DNA from: an uncultured cyanobacterium
GTDB lineage: Bacteria > Cyanobacteriota > Cyanobacteriia > Cyanobacteriales > CAWUOF01
Direction of reading: 5' to 3'
NCBI GenBank assembly: GCA_963744145.1
Contig: CAVUSO010000001.1
Coordinates: 2,912,001-2,976,000 of the forward strand
DNA: 64,000 bases
The notes under the pieces are model-generated. The model made no database searches and was not told the DNA's origin. It saw only the letters and a list, made by a program, of their open reading frames with translations. Position numbers and translations under genes: made by a program. This document shows, piece after piece, positions 10,291 to 19,156 of this stretch (the stretch's first letter is position 1; the number at the start of each line of letters is the position of its first letter).

Positions 10291-11001
10291 CAGTAATATT
10301 AGATCCGAATGCTTGAGCCCTTCTTCTGTGCCGAGATATCACAAAAAATTCTTAACTGAATGGATTGTAATATCTAGTTGATCTGTTGGTTGCATAGATG
10401 GTGAGGGCAAAGCATTTCGGTAATATTATCCTTCGCTTCAGCAATTATTTATGCGCCGAAATGCTTTGCCCCTACGAGGAACTGAACTGGATTGGTATTT
10501 AATTAGCGATCGCTTACAGATCAATGGGGTGTAGGGGCGAAGCATTCGGGCGATAATTTACCGCTTCAACCAGTAATATTAGATCCGAATGCTTCGCCCT
10601 TCTTCTGCGCCGAAATCCCCAAAAAATTCTTAACTGAATGGATTGTAATATCTAGTTGATCTGTTGGTTGCATAGATGGTGAGGGCAAAGCATTTCGGTA
10701 ATATTATTCTTCGTTTCAGCAATTATTTATGCGCCGAAATGCTTTGCCCCTACGAGGAACTGAACTGGATTGGTATTTAATCAGCGATCGCTTACAGATC
10801 AATGGGGTGTAGGGGCGAAGCATTCGGGCGATAATTTACCGCTTAAACCAGCAATATTAGATCCGAATGCTTCGCCCTTCTTCTGTGCCGAAATCCCCAA
10901 AAACATTATAGTTTAAGCAACTAATGAAATGCTGTACACCCCATTCCTACGTCATCCAATTTTTCAGAAAAATATTGTTGATCTTTTAGAAAAGCTATAT
11001 G

Positions 11002-12510
11002 TTAGAGTCTAGAGAAGAGAAAAGAGATACCCCCACACAACCCCCACACAACAGCACACACAACGCCCCGCACATCAAACTCCCCACCCCCCCAACCCCC
11101 CCACCCACAATCAGGGAGGTGTCCCACAGGAGCAGATATATTAAAAGTGAGGTCAGAGTAGCTCAACCAGCTTCCTCCTTTTTTCCAACCGACTTCATTT
11201 GCTAGTTTAACATAAGTATCGTAATCATAACTATCTAGCTTACCACCCAATTTGAGCCAGATTTTCTTCTGGACTGAAAACCCAAATTTGTCATTAGAAT
11301 GCTTTAACCACAACTGGTCAATGATCCGCAGTTCATTGTTCGGAAAATTACGACAGTTATCTTCTGTTAAGTATCCCTCTTTTTCCCTGTTCATAATTTT
11401 TAACATGACTCGACCAGTTTCTTGATCTGCTTCTTGCCATTTTTTGTCTGATAATAATTGCTCCAGTTTCCTCAAATCAGCTTTAGGTGTAACTAAATTA
11501 ACTTGGGGTGATGGAGGAGAAATTGGTTGAGGAATTGGTTGAGGAGGTTTAACAACAGGTTGAGGAATTGAGGTCGGTTGTAAATTCGCTAAAACCTCCT
11601 GTGCTGATGAAAACCGATCGTCTATCCGATCCTGTAACATCTTATCTAAAACTTTCGCTAAATCTCGATTAACAGAAATCCCTTTTTTCTGTAACCATTC
11701 TTTCCACACCCAGGATAAACTATTGAGATTGAAAATTTCATCCACAACTGAGCCATTTCTTTCCGTTGGTAATACTCCCGTTAATAATCTAATCGCTGTT
11801 ACTGCTAAACTATATAAATCACCAGAAGGGTGAAAACCTCCTCTCATTTGTTCTGGGGGTGCATAACCAGGAGTTCCTACTCCCGTCCCCAATTTAGTCA
11901 TTACTGTCGTACTGACTTGTTTAGATACACCAAAATCAATTAACACCAAATTGCTCACTTGACTATAAATCGCTGCATCGAGGGGGATACTACGACGGAT
12001 AATATTTTCTGGCTTAATATCTCGATGAATTACCGACTTTTTATGAATAAAATCTAAAACAGGTAAGATTTCTAATAGGAAATTTTTCACCTGAGTTTCG
12101 CTCAATCTCCCCGACTGTTGTAATTCGGCTAATAAATTTTGACCGGGAATAAATTCTTGAATTAAATATAATATCCCCTCCTGTTCAAAAAAAGCTAATA
12201 AATCAGGAATTTGGGGGTGTTTCCCTAATTTTTCTAATAAATCTGCTTCTTGTTCAAACAATTGAATACATTTTTGTAAAGCACCACTACCTTGTTGTAC
12301 GGGTAAGAATTGTTTAATCACACATTGAGTATTACGTCGATCTGTATCCACCGCGATCAAAGTTCGACCAAATCCACCCTCACCCAGGGAACGGATCAGA
12401 TGATAGCGATCGCGCAAGAACATTTTTGTCCCACAACCCTGACAAAACTTAGATTGAGGGGGGTTTTCGTAGGAACAATTAGGGTTAAGACATTTAATAA
12501 GGTTACTCAT
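11002..12510 (-). CDS. Ser/Thr protein kinase with N-terminal Cys4 ribbon, Pro-rich linker and C-terminal GUN4-like domain
   Basis: CLNPNC..CQGCG, LGEGGFG, HRDIKPEN, DFG, GTPGYAPPEQ; WQEADQET, IDQLW..S..KFGFSVQKKIW, APVGHLP. Confidence 0.92.
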   Translation of the reverse strand: MSNLIKCLNPNCSYENPPQSKFCQGCGTKMFLRDRYHLIRSLGEGGFGRTLIAVDTDRRNTQCVIKQFLPVQQGSGALQKCIQLFEQEADLLEKLGKHPQIPDLLAFFEQEGILYLIQEFIPGQNLLAELQQSGRLSETQVKNFLLEILPVLDFIHKKSVIHRDIKPENIIRRSIPLDAAIYSQVSNLVLIDFGVSKQVSTTVMTKLGTGVGTPGYAPPEQMRGGFHPSGDLYSLAVTAIRLLTGVLPTERNGSVVDEIFNLNSLSWVWKEWLQKKGISVNRDLAKVLDKMLQDRIDDRFSSAQEVLANLQPTSIPQPVVKPPQPIPQPISPPSPQVNLVTPKADLRKLEQLLSDKKWQEADQETGRVMLKIMNREKEGYLTEDNCRNFPNNELRIIDQLWLKHSNDKFGFSVQKKIWLKLGGKLDSYDYDTYVKLANEVGWKKGGSWLSYSDLTFNISAPVGHLPDCGWGGWGGGEFDVRGVVCAVVWGLCGGISFLFSRL

Positions 12511-12660
12511 AATTTTGGAGACCTGATGTGATAAAATCAATTAGGTGGTTCTGATCATATCAGAAAAATTAATGGCGTTGCTGATGATCGGCAGACACCA
12601 AGAGATAATCAGGCAATTCCTGGTTTAGCAATATCAATCAAAACTCGCGCTGCAAGCACT

Positions 12661-12981
12661 ATGACTCCTCTATTAATGCTTCAACCCTCATCTCTAATCT
12701 CCTCTGGTGTTAAAATGAGGCAATTCGGTAATATTTATTTATTCAGGTTTACCGATGAACTCCAGTTTCGCTTTGAAGAACTTTTAGAAAAGAAAAAAGC
12801 TCATATACTCACTCCTAACGAAGAAGCTGAATATATGGGAATATCAGAACTAGAGCAGATTTTTACCCTAATTAACGCTCAACTTGCAGCCAAAAGCCAA
12901 TGGTGTCCAACTCAACTCGAAGACTTGTACGACGACGAGCCCGATACCTCTGTGAATACTGTCATTCCCCCGAATATCTAA
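12661..12981 (+). CDS. Hypothetical antitoxin-like protein overlapping the HNH gene
   Basis: RFEELLEKKK...LT..EEAEY; overlaps downstream HNH ORF by 82 nt. Confidence 0.6.
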   Translation: MTPLLMLQPSSLISSGVKMRQFGNIYLFRFTDELQFRFEELLEKKKAHILTPNEEAEYMGISELEQIFTLINAQLAAKSQWCPTQLEDLYDDEPDTSVNTVIPPNI

Positions 12982-13346
12982 GTCCAGACCGTTTCACAAT
13001 TGACCATATTATGCCTCAATCTTTAGGAGGATCTGACCAACCTGATAATCTTGCTTTGGCTTGTCATCGCTGTAACGAGCGCCGTTATAACTTTACATCA
13101 GGAATTGATCCCCAAACTCAAGCAGAGATCCCTTTGTTTAATCCCCGTCAACAACAGTGGTCTGATCATTTTATTTGGACAAAAGACGGTACAATAATTT
13201 TAGGAAAAACTCCTACAGGTAGGGCTACTGACCATCGCATTGACTTAAATGATAAACGCATTGATGAGCCATCTATTCAAATTGCCCGTCGTTTTTGGAT
13301 AGTAGCAGGTTGGCATCCACCTCAGCTTGATCCGCTTCAAGAATGA
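12900..13346 (+). CDS. HNH endonuclease
   Basis: CEYC, IDHIMP...GG, NLALAC.RCN, LFNPR...W..HF.W, TPTGRAT. Confidence 0.9.
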   Translation: MVSNSTRRLVRRRARYLCEYCHSPEYLSPDRFTIDHIMPQSLGGSDQPDNLALACHRCNERRYNFTSGIDPQTQAEIPLFNPRQQQWSDHFIWTKDGTIILGKTPTGRATDHRIDLNDKRIDEPSIQIARRFWIVAGWHPPQLDPLQE

Positions 13347-13365
13347 CGAAGTTAAGGTGTTGCTT

Positions 13366-13930
13366 AATCAGCGATCGCTTGCAGATCAATCCGGTGTAGG
13401 GGCGAAGCATTCGGGCGATAATTTACCGCTTAAACCAGCAATATTATATCCGAATGCTTCGCCCTTCTTCTGCGCCGAGCTCCCCAAAAATTCTTAACTG
13501 AATGGATTGTAATATCTAGTTGATCTGTTGGTTGCATAGATGGTGAGGGCAAAGCATTTCGGTAATATTATTCCTCGCTTCAGTAATCATTTATGCGCCG
13601 AAATGCTTTGCCCCTACAAGGAACTGAACTGGATTGGTATTTAATCAGCGATCGCTTGCCGATCAATCGGGTGTAGGGGCGAAGCATTCGGGCGATAATT
13701 GAACAATCAAGCCAGCAATATTATACCCGAATGCTTCGCCCTTCTTCTAAAGCCGAGAGTTCCCAAAAAATTCTTAACTGAATGTATTATATAATATTTA
13801 GTTGATCTGTTGGTTGCATAGGTGGCAATGGCAAAGCATTTCGGTCATATTATTCTTCGTTTCAGTCATCATTTATGGGCCGAAATGCTTTGCCCCTACA
13901 AGGAACTGAACTGGATTGGTATTTAATCAG
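13366..13930. repeat. Second REP-hairpin tandem array (~2 units, ~282 bp), same family as 8203-10903
   Basis: Same hairpins A and B and linkers; AAGGAACTGAA at 13618 and 13900. Confidence 0.92.
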
Positions 13931-13985
13931 CGATAAACCTACGGCTCGTTGCCGCGATAAGCCTACGGCTCGCTGCCGCGATCGC
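13930..13985. repeat. Two 24-nt units inserted at a HIP1 site
   Basis: GCGATAAACCTACGGCTCGTTGCC GCGATAAGCCTACGGCTCGCTGCC GCGATCGC. Confidence 0.75.
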
Positions 13986-14082
13986 GCCAGAACATTTTTG
14001 TCCCACAACCCTGACAAAACTTAGATTGAGGGGGGTTTTCGTAGGGACAATTAGGGTTAAGACATTTAATAAGGTTACTCAT
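13978..14082 (-). pseudogene. 5' remnant (35 codons) of a second copy of the kinase-GUN4 gene
   Basis: 13978-14180 closely matches 12406-12609; reads MSNLIKCLNPNCPYENPPQSKFCQGCGTKMFWRDR, then stops after GSEP. Confidence 0.85.
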
Positions 14083-14205
14083 AATTTTGGAGATATGATG
14101 TGGTAAAATCATTTAGCTACTTTTATCATATCAGAAAAATTAATAGTGTTGCTGATGATCGGCACACACCACGAAATAATTAAATAATGATTTCCCAAAT
14201 GGATC

Positions 14206-14844
14206 ATGACTCAAACTTTCCCGATCGAGCGCAGTTTGAAAACATTCAATCAACTGCAAAGTCAATTCAACCTGCAACGCAGTACAGATGACCAATTCTT
14301 TACTGAATGGTTAAACCCTGACAGCAAACTAACGGAGAAAGAACAACAAGCACTTAATGCTATTCAACAGAAATACTTTTATCAATTATCTGATGGTCAA
14401 TTAGGAGAAGAAACAATTAAATTAATTGTTCTATCCCCATTGCTAGATTTAGCAGGATTTTTTAATCCTCCCTTTCGATTTAAAACGGAAACAACTGTAC
14501 AAATTAGGGTAGAAAGTGATGATGTAACTTATCGAGGACGTATTGATGCGCTGGTGATTCAAGAAAAACTTTGGGTTGTGGTAATAGAATCCAAGGAAAC
14601 CAGCTTTTCCTTAGAACTTGCTTTGCCACAAACATTAGCTTATATGTTAGCTAGTCCTAACCAAGAACAACCCGTTTTTGGGATGGTGACAAATGGGGGA
14701 AGTTTTATTTTTGTCAAGCTGTTAACTCAAGATTTCCCTCAGTATGAATTATCTGATCTATTTTCTCTCCTTCCTCGACGCAATCAGCTTTATAATGTGT
14801 GTCAAATTCTCAAATATTTGGGAAAATGTATTAGCTCTCAATAA
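14206..14844 (+). CDS. HsdR N-terminal-like / PD-(D/E)XK restriction-endonuclease-fold protein
   Basis: EETIKL..LSPLL.LAGF, GRID.L, VIESK, QTLAYM, GMVTNG..F.F. Confidence 0.8.
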   Translation: MTQTFPIERSLKTFNQLQSQFNLQRSTDDQFFTEWLNPDSKLTEKEQQALNAIQQKYFYQLSDGQLGEETIKLIVLSPLLDLAGFFNPPFRFKTETTVQIRVESDDVTYRGRIDALVIQEKLWVVVIESKETSFSLELALPQTLAYMLASPNQEQPVFGMVTNGGSFIFVKLLTQDFPQYELSDLFSLLPRRNQLYNVCQILKYLGKCISSQ

Positions 14845-14849
14845 ATACC

Positions 14850-17800
14850 ATGACTAATTTTGATGCTGCTACCACCGAACTTTGTCAACAACTCACTCAA
14901 ACCTATTATCAGCTATCAACAGTAGACCAAAAAATTATCCAATTATTTGCCCTTATTTACGAACCGATCAGCCGAACAGCTTTCCTCGCTTGTTTGAATC
15001 AAAGCGGGACTAGGAATGAAGACGGGAAAGTTTTTATCGACTCAACCTTAAAACTACATATTGATAAATTAATCACAGCTGGCTTACTGATTCAAGAAAG
15101 AGGACAAGGGCCACAATGTCATCGGTTACTAACAGAGATAGCAATTCGCCATGCTGTAAAAAGCGGAACTTTTGAAGCACTAGCCACAACAGTACAGGAA
15201 AAACTACCCGTATCCAGAAGCCACACAAGCGGCACAATATATTTTCAAAATCAACGTCAATTCCTGCGGGAAGTACGGATTGGTATATATCGTCAAGACC
15301 TGAAATTCATTAATCAAGCAGTAGAAGATTACTATAAATACGGGCCGGGTAAAGACAAGATATTAATCAATGACATCTTTGAACAAATTTTTAACCAACC
15401 CTTCGATGCCGATTGGTTTAGTACCTTAACTCAAGAATTATATGAAACCGCTTTATTAAGTATTTTTGGAAATGCCACATTCCAATGTTATCCTGCCGAA
15501 GAACCATTAGCAATGCTTCAAGCAGAATGTACAAATCATGGACAACATTGCTCAGATTATCTCCAACTAATTTTGACAGAACAATTGCTGCTGCGCGGTT
15601 GTCTAGCAGAAGCACAACAGACATTAGAACGAATATCAGATAACTATCAAGATCATGCTGCTGTCTTTTGGGGTTGGTTACACTTTTTGCGAGGTGAGAA
15701 CGAAAAAGCGATCGCAATTTACAAAACAACCCTGCAATTACTCAAAAAAACTTTGGGAAAAAACAAGGCTTATTTCAAAACTATCCCTGGGCTATTTTTC
15801 ATCTTAGCATTATTAAAAGATGGTTCACCCGCACGCCTACAAGAAGCCGAAGAATATGCTAATTTAATGTATCGTCAATCTGACCATTGGCTAAAACCTA
15901 TTTATAGCCAACTGAAAAATTTATTGCAAGTACAACAGGGTAATATTACCCAAAAAGAATTGATTATCAGTGCCGATATTCCCCTCTGGGAAGAAGGCAA
16001 TAGTTTAGCAACATTGTTATTTTCCCTCTGTCTTTACTGGGTAGATGCGAATGGAGCAAAAAAGCGTTTACCTAAATTGTTAGAATCGTTATATCAGCAA
16101 GCATTAACATCTAATTATCACTGGCTGGCAATGGAGTGTGCCGAACTCCTATCGCGGCTCAAACCTCGCAGTAGTTATAACACACAAGCAGAAATATTAC
16201 GCTCTGATAGCAGCATTCACAGCATAGTAGATATGATTCACCCCCAAGAACATTGGGAACTTTGCTTGAATGCTCTCGCTAATCTCCACCAAGAACCTGT
16301 CGCACCTGTCAACACCAAATCGGAACTGCGTTTGGTATGGTTTATTACCTTTTACCCTAGCCAATGTTTCCTGCAACCCCGCGAACAAAAAATCAGTAAA
16401 AGTGGATGGAGTAGAGGTCGTCCCATTGCCCTGAAACGCTTAACCAGTAATTTAGCAGAGTTTGATTATCTTACACCCCAGGATATTCGAGTTTGTAGCT
16501 ATATCGAGACTTATATTAACGGAAATTATGGATATGGCGGTAAAACCGATTATAAATTTAACGAAAAAGCCATTTGTGCATTAATTGGACATCCCTTAGT
16601 CTTTTGGGAAGATGCACCAAACATTCGTGTCGAAATCGTTAAAGGAGAACCGGAACTAATTATCAAAAAAGGTAAACAAGACCGCTTAATTCTAGAATTT
16701 TTTCCGAAACTACCAATCGACCAGGACTTGGTAACTATTAAAGAAACTCTAACCCGGATTAAAGTAATTGAAATTAATGCCGAACACCGACGGATTGCCG
16801 AGATTATTGGTCAAGGAAATCGGTTAGAAGTACCTGCTTTTGCCCAAGAACGAGTCTTAGCAGCCATCAAAACTGTTTCCAGCATAGTTACAGTACATTC
16901 AGATATCGGTGGAGAGTTTTCTATTGCTGAAGAAGTACCAGCCCAGACAATCCCCCATATTCAATTATTGCCTGCGGGTGGTGGATTAAAAGTAGCAATA
17001 TTATCTCGTCCTTTTGCCCAAGGTGGTTCCTACTATCGTCCAGGAACAGGGGGCGAAACTGTGATTGCTGAGATTGAGGGTAAACGACTGCAAACTAAGC
17101 GTAATCTAAGCGAAGAAAAACAACTCGCTCATGCTGTAGTTACGGCTTGTCCTACCTTAACTAGCACTGAAGAAGAGGACGGTGAATGGGTAATCGAAAA
17201 TCCAGAAGATTGTTTGGAACTGCTACTGGAACTGCAAGCATTGGGCGATCGGGTGGTGCTGGAATGGCCCGAAGGAGAGAAACTGCGGGTTAAATACCAA
17301 GCAGACTTGAAAGATTTCCATTTGGCAATTCAACGTCAGCAGGACTGGTTTGCGGTGACTGGTGAATTGTCCTTAGAGAGTGACTTGGTGCTTTCGATGC
17401 AGCAGCTTTTGGTACTTTTGGAACAAACACCTAGCCGTTTTATTCCTTTGGGAGATGGTCAATTCCTGGCTTTAACCCAATCCTTTCGCAAACATCTCGA
17501 TGAATTGCGGACGATCGCCGAAAAACAGGGTAAAGGGATGCGCGTTCACCCTTTAGCAACTTTGGGATTGCAAGATTTCGTTGATGAGGTGGGTCAACTC
17601 AAAGCAGACAAACACTGGCGATCGCATATCCAGCGTTTGCAGGAAGCGCAGAACCTCCAACCAGAATTACCCTCTACATTGCAAGCCACACTCCGCGATT
17701 ATCAAATGGAAGGTTTCGAGTGGATGGCGCGTTTGGCCCATTGGGGTGTGGGCGCTTGTTTAGCTGACCAAATGGGACTTGGTAAGACTGTCCAGGCTTT

Positions 17801-19067
17801 GGCTGTGATTCTGTCTCGCGCCCAAGCTGGAGCGACTCTAATTGTGGCACCAACTTCTGTGTGCCTAAATTGGGTGAGTGAAACCCAAAAGTTTGCGCCT
17901 ACACTCAATATTATTCAATTTGGTACTAGTGACCGTCAAAAATTGTTGGATAGTTTAAAGCCATTTGATCTGTTGGTTTGCAGCTATGGTTTGTTGCAGC
18001 AAGAAGAAGTTTCCCAAATGCTGTCTCAGGTGGAATGGCAAACAATTGTACTCGATGAAGCCCAGGCGATTAAAAATATGGCTACCAAGCGTTCCCAAGC
18101 AGCGATGAATCTCCAAGCTGGTTTTAAGTTAATTACGACGGGAACTCCGATTGAAAACCATTTGGGTGAGTTGTGGAATTTGTTTCGTTTTATTAATCCT
18201 GGGTTGTTAGGTTCTTGGGAAAGTTTCAATCAGCGTTTTGCGATTCCGATTGAGAAGTTTCAGGATAAACAGGTACGTCATAGATTGAAAAAGCTAATTC
18301 AACCATTCCTGCTACGACGGACGAAGACTCAAGTGTTAGAAGAATTGCCGGAACGTACTGAAATTTTGCTGCAAGTAGAGTTAAGTCAGGAAGAAATGGC
18401 ATTGTATGAGGCGTTGCGTCAGAAGGCGATCGCTAAACTTGCTGATAGTGAGGCGAATGCGGGACAGAAACATCTGCAAGTGTTGGCAGAAATTATGAAA
18501 TTGCGTCGTGTTTGCTGTAATAGCCGTCTGGTAATGCCGGAGATGGAAATACCTTCTTCAAAGTTACAATTGTTTGGTGAGATATTGAATGAGTTGTTAG
18601 AAAATCGTCATAAAGCTTTGGTTTTTAGTCAGTTTGTTGACCATCTGCACATTCTTCGCGATTATTTGGATAAGCAAGAAATTAAATATCAATATTTAGA
18701 TGGCAGCACTCCCGCAGCCGAACGAAAAAAACGAGTGGATGCTTTCCAGTCAGGGGTTGGAGATGTGTTTTTAATTAGTCTAAAAGCTGGGGGAACTGGA
18801 ATAAATTTAACTGCGGCTGATTATGTGATTCATACAGACCCTTGGTGGAATCCAGCAGTTGAAGACCAAGCTTCTGACCGTGCTCATCGCATTGGTCAAC
18901 AACGTCCGGTTACTATTTATCGCTTGGTTGCTAAGGATACTATTGAGGAAAAAATTGTGGATTTACATCATCATAAACGAGATTTGGCGGCTAGTTTGTT
19001 AGAAGGTACTGATACTAGTGGTAAGATATCTACTGAGGAGTTGCTGCGGTTGATTCAGGGAAGTTAA
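14850..19067 (+). CDS. SNF2-family helicase with long helical N-terminus
   Basis: LRDYQ, LADQMGLGKT, DEAQ, TGTPIEN, LVFSQF, SLKAGGTGINL, DPWWNPAVEDQASDRAHRIGQ. Confidence 0.95.
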   Translation: MTNFDAATTELCQQLTQTYYQLSTVDQKIIQLFALIYEPISRTAFLACLNQSGTRNEDGKVFIDSTLKLHIDKLITAGLLIQERGQGPQCHRLLTEIAIRHAVKSGTFEALATTVQEKLPVSRSHTSGTIYFQNQRQFLREVRIGIYRQDLKFINQAVEDYYKYGPGKDKILINDIFEQIFNQPFDADWFSTLTQELYETALLSIFGNATFQCYPAEEPLAMLQAECTNHGQHCSDYLQLILTEQLLLRGCLAEAQQTLERISDNYQDHAAVFWGWLHFLRGENEKAIAIYKTTLQLLKKTLGKNKAYFKTIPGLFFILALLKDGSPARLQEAEEYANLMYRQSDHWLKPIYSQLKNLLQVQQGNITQKELIISADIPLWEEGNSLATLLFSLCLYWVDANGAKKRLPKLLESLYQQALTSNYHWLAMECAELLSRLKPRSSYNTQAEILRSDSSIHSIVDMIHPQEHWELCLNALANLHQEPVAPVNTKSELRLVWFITFYPSQCFLQPREQKISKSGWSRGRPIALKRLTSNLAEFDYLTPQDIRVCSYIETYINGNYGYGGKTDYKFNEKAICALIGHPLVFWEDAPNIRVEIVKGEPELIIKKGKQDRLILEFFPKLPIDQDLVTIKETLTRIKVIEINAEHRRIAEIIGQGNRLEVPAFAQERVLAAIKTVSSIVTVHSDIGGEFSIAEEVPAQTIPHIQLLPAGGGLKVAILSRPFAQGGSYYRPGTGGETVIAEIEGKRLQTKRNLSEEKQLAHAVVTACPTLTSTEEEDGEWVIENPEDCLELLLELQALGDRVVLEWPEGEKLRVKYQADLKDFHLAIQRQQDWFAVTGELSLESDLVLSMQQLLVLLEQTPSRFIPLGDGQFLALTQSFRKHLDELRTIAEKQGKGMRVHPLATLGLQDFVDEVGQLKADKHWRSHIQRLQEAQNLQPELPSTLQATLRDYQMEGFEWMARLAHWGVGACLADQMGLGKTVQALAVILSRAQAGATLIVAPTSVCLNWVSETQKFAPTLNIIQFGTSDRQKLLDSLKPFDLLVCSYGLLQQEEVSQMLSQVEWQTIVLDEAQAIKNMATKRSQAAMNLQAGFKLITTGTPIENHLGELWNLFRFINPGLLGSWESFNQRFAIPIEKFQDKQVRHRLKKLIQPFLLRRTKTQVLEELPERTEILLQVELSQEEMALYEALRQKAIAKLADSEANAGQKHLQVLAEIMKLRRVCCNSRLVMPEMEIPSSKLQLFGEILNELLENRHKALVFSQFVDHLHILRDYLDKQEIKYQYLDGSTPAAERKKRVDAFQSGVGDVFLISLKAGGTGINLTAADYVIHTDPWWNPAVEDQASDRAHRIGQQRPVTIYRLVAKDTIEEKIVDLHHHKRDLAASLLEGTDTSGKISTEELLRLIQGS

Positions 19068-19156
19068 AACTATTGCCATAAGATGACTCAGTTTCTAGGA
19101 AGATCTGACCAACCTGATCACCTAAGCTCCTGAATGATCCCAATATTTGCCTAAAA

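Larger units (their letters stand above)
8203..10903. repeat. Tandem array (~278-bp unit, ~4.5 units) of paired GTAG-type REP hairpins, interrupted by ISAs1
   Basis: Hairpin A GTAGGGGCGAAGCATTCGG..CCGAATGCTTCGCCCT alternates with hairpin B AGGGCAAAGCATTTCGG..CCGAAATGCTTTGCCCCTAC; GAGGAACTGAA recurs at 8381, 10148, 10476, 10754. Confidence 0.92.

Noticed and set aside
10999..11205. 68-aa Pro/Thr/His-rich ORF on the plus strand
   Set aside because: Antisense shadow produced by T-depletion opposite the kinase tip
8203..13930. CRISPR array
   Set aside because: Unit is ~280 bp, inter-hairpin sequences are themselves repeated rather than unique spacers, and no cas genes are present
10900..14200. 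Complete DGR cassette
   Set aside because: No reverse transcriptase, Avd or template repeat was found in the window; only the variable-looking tip is reported
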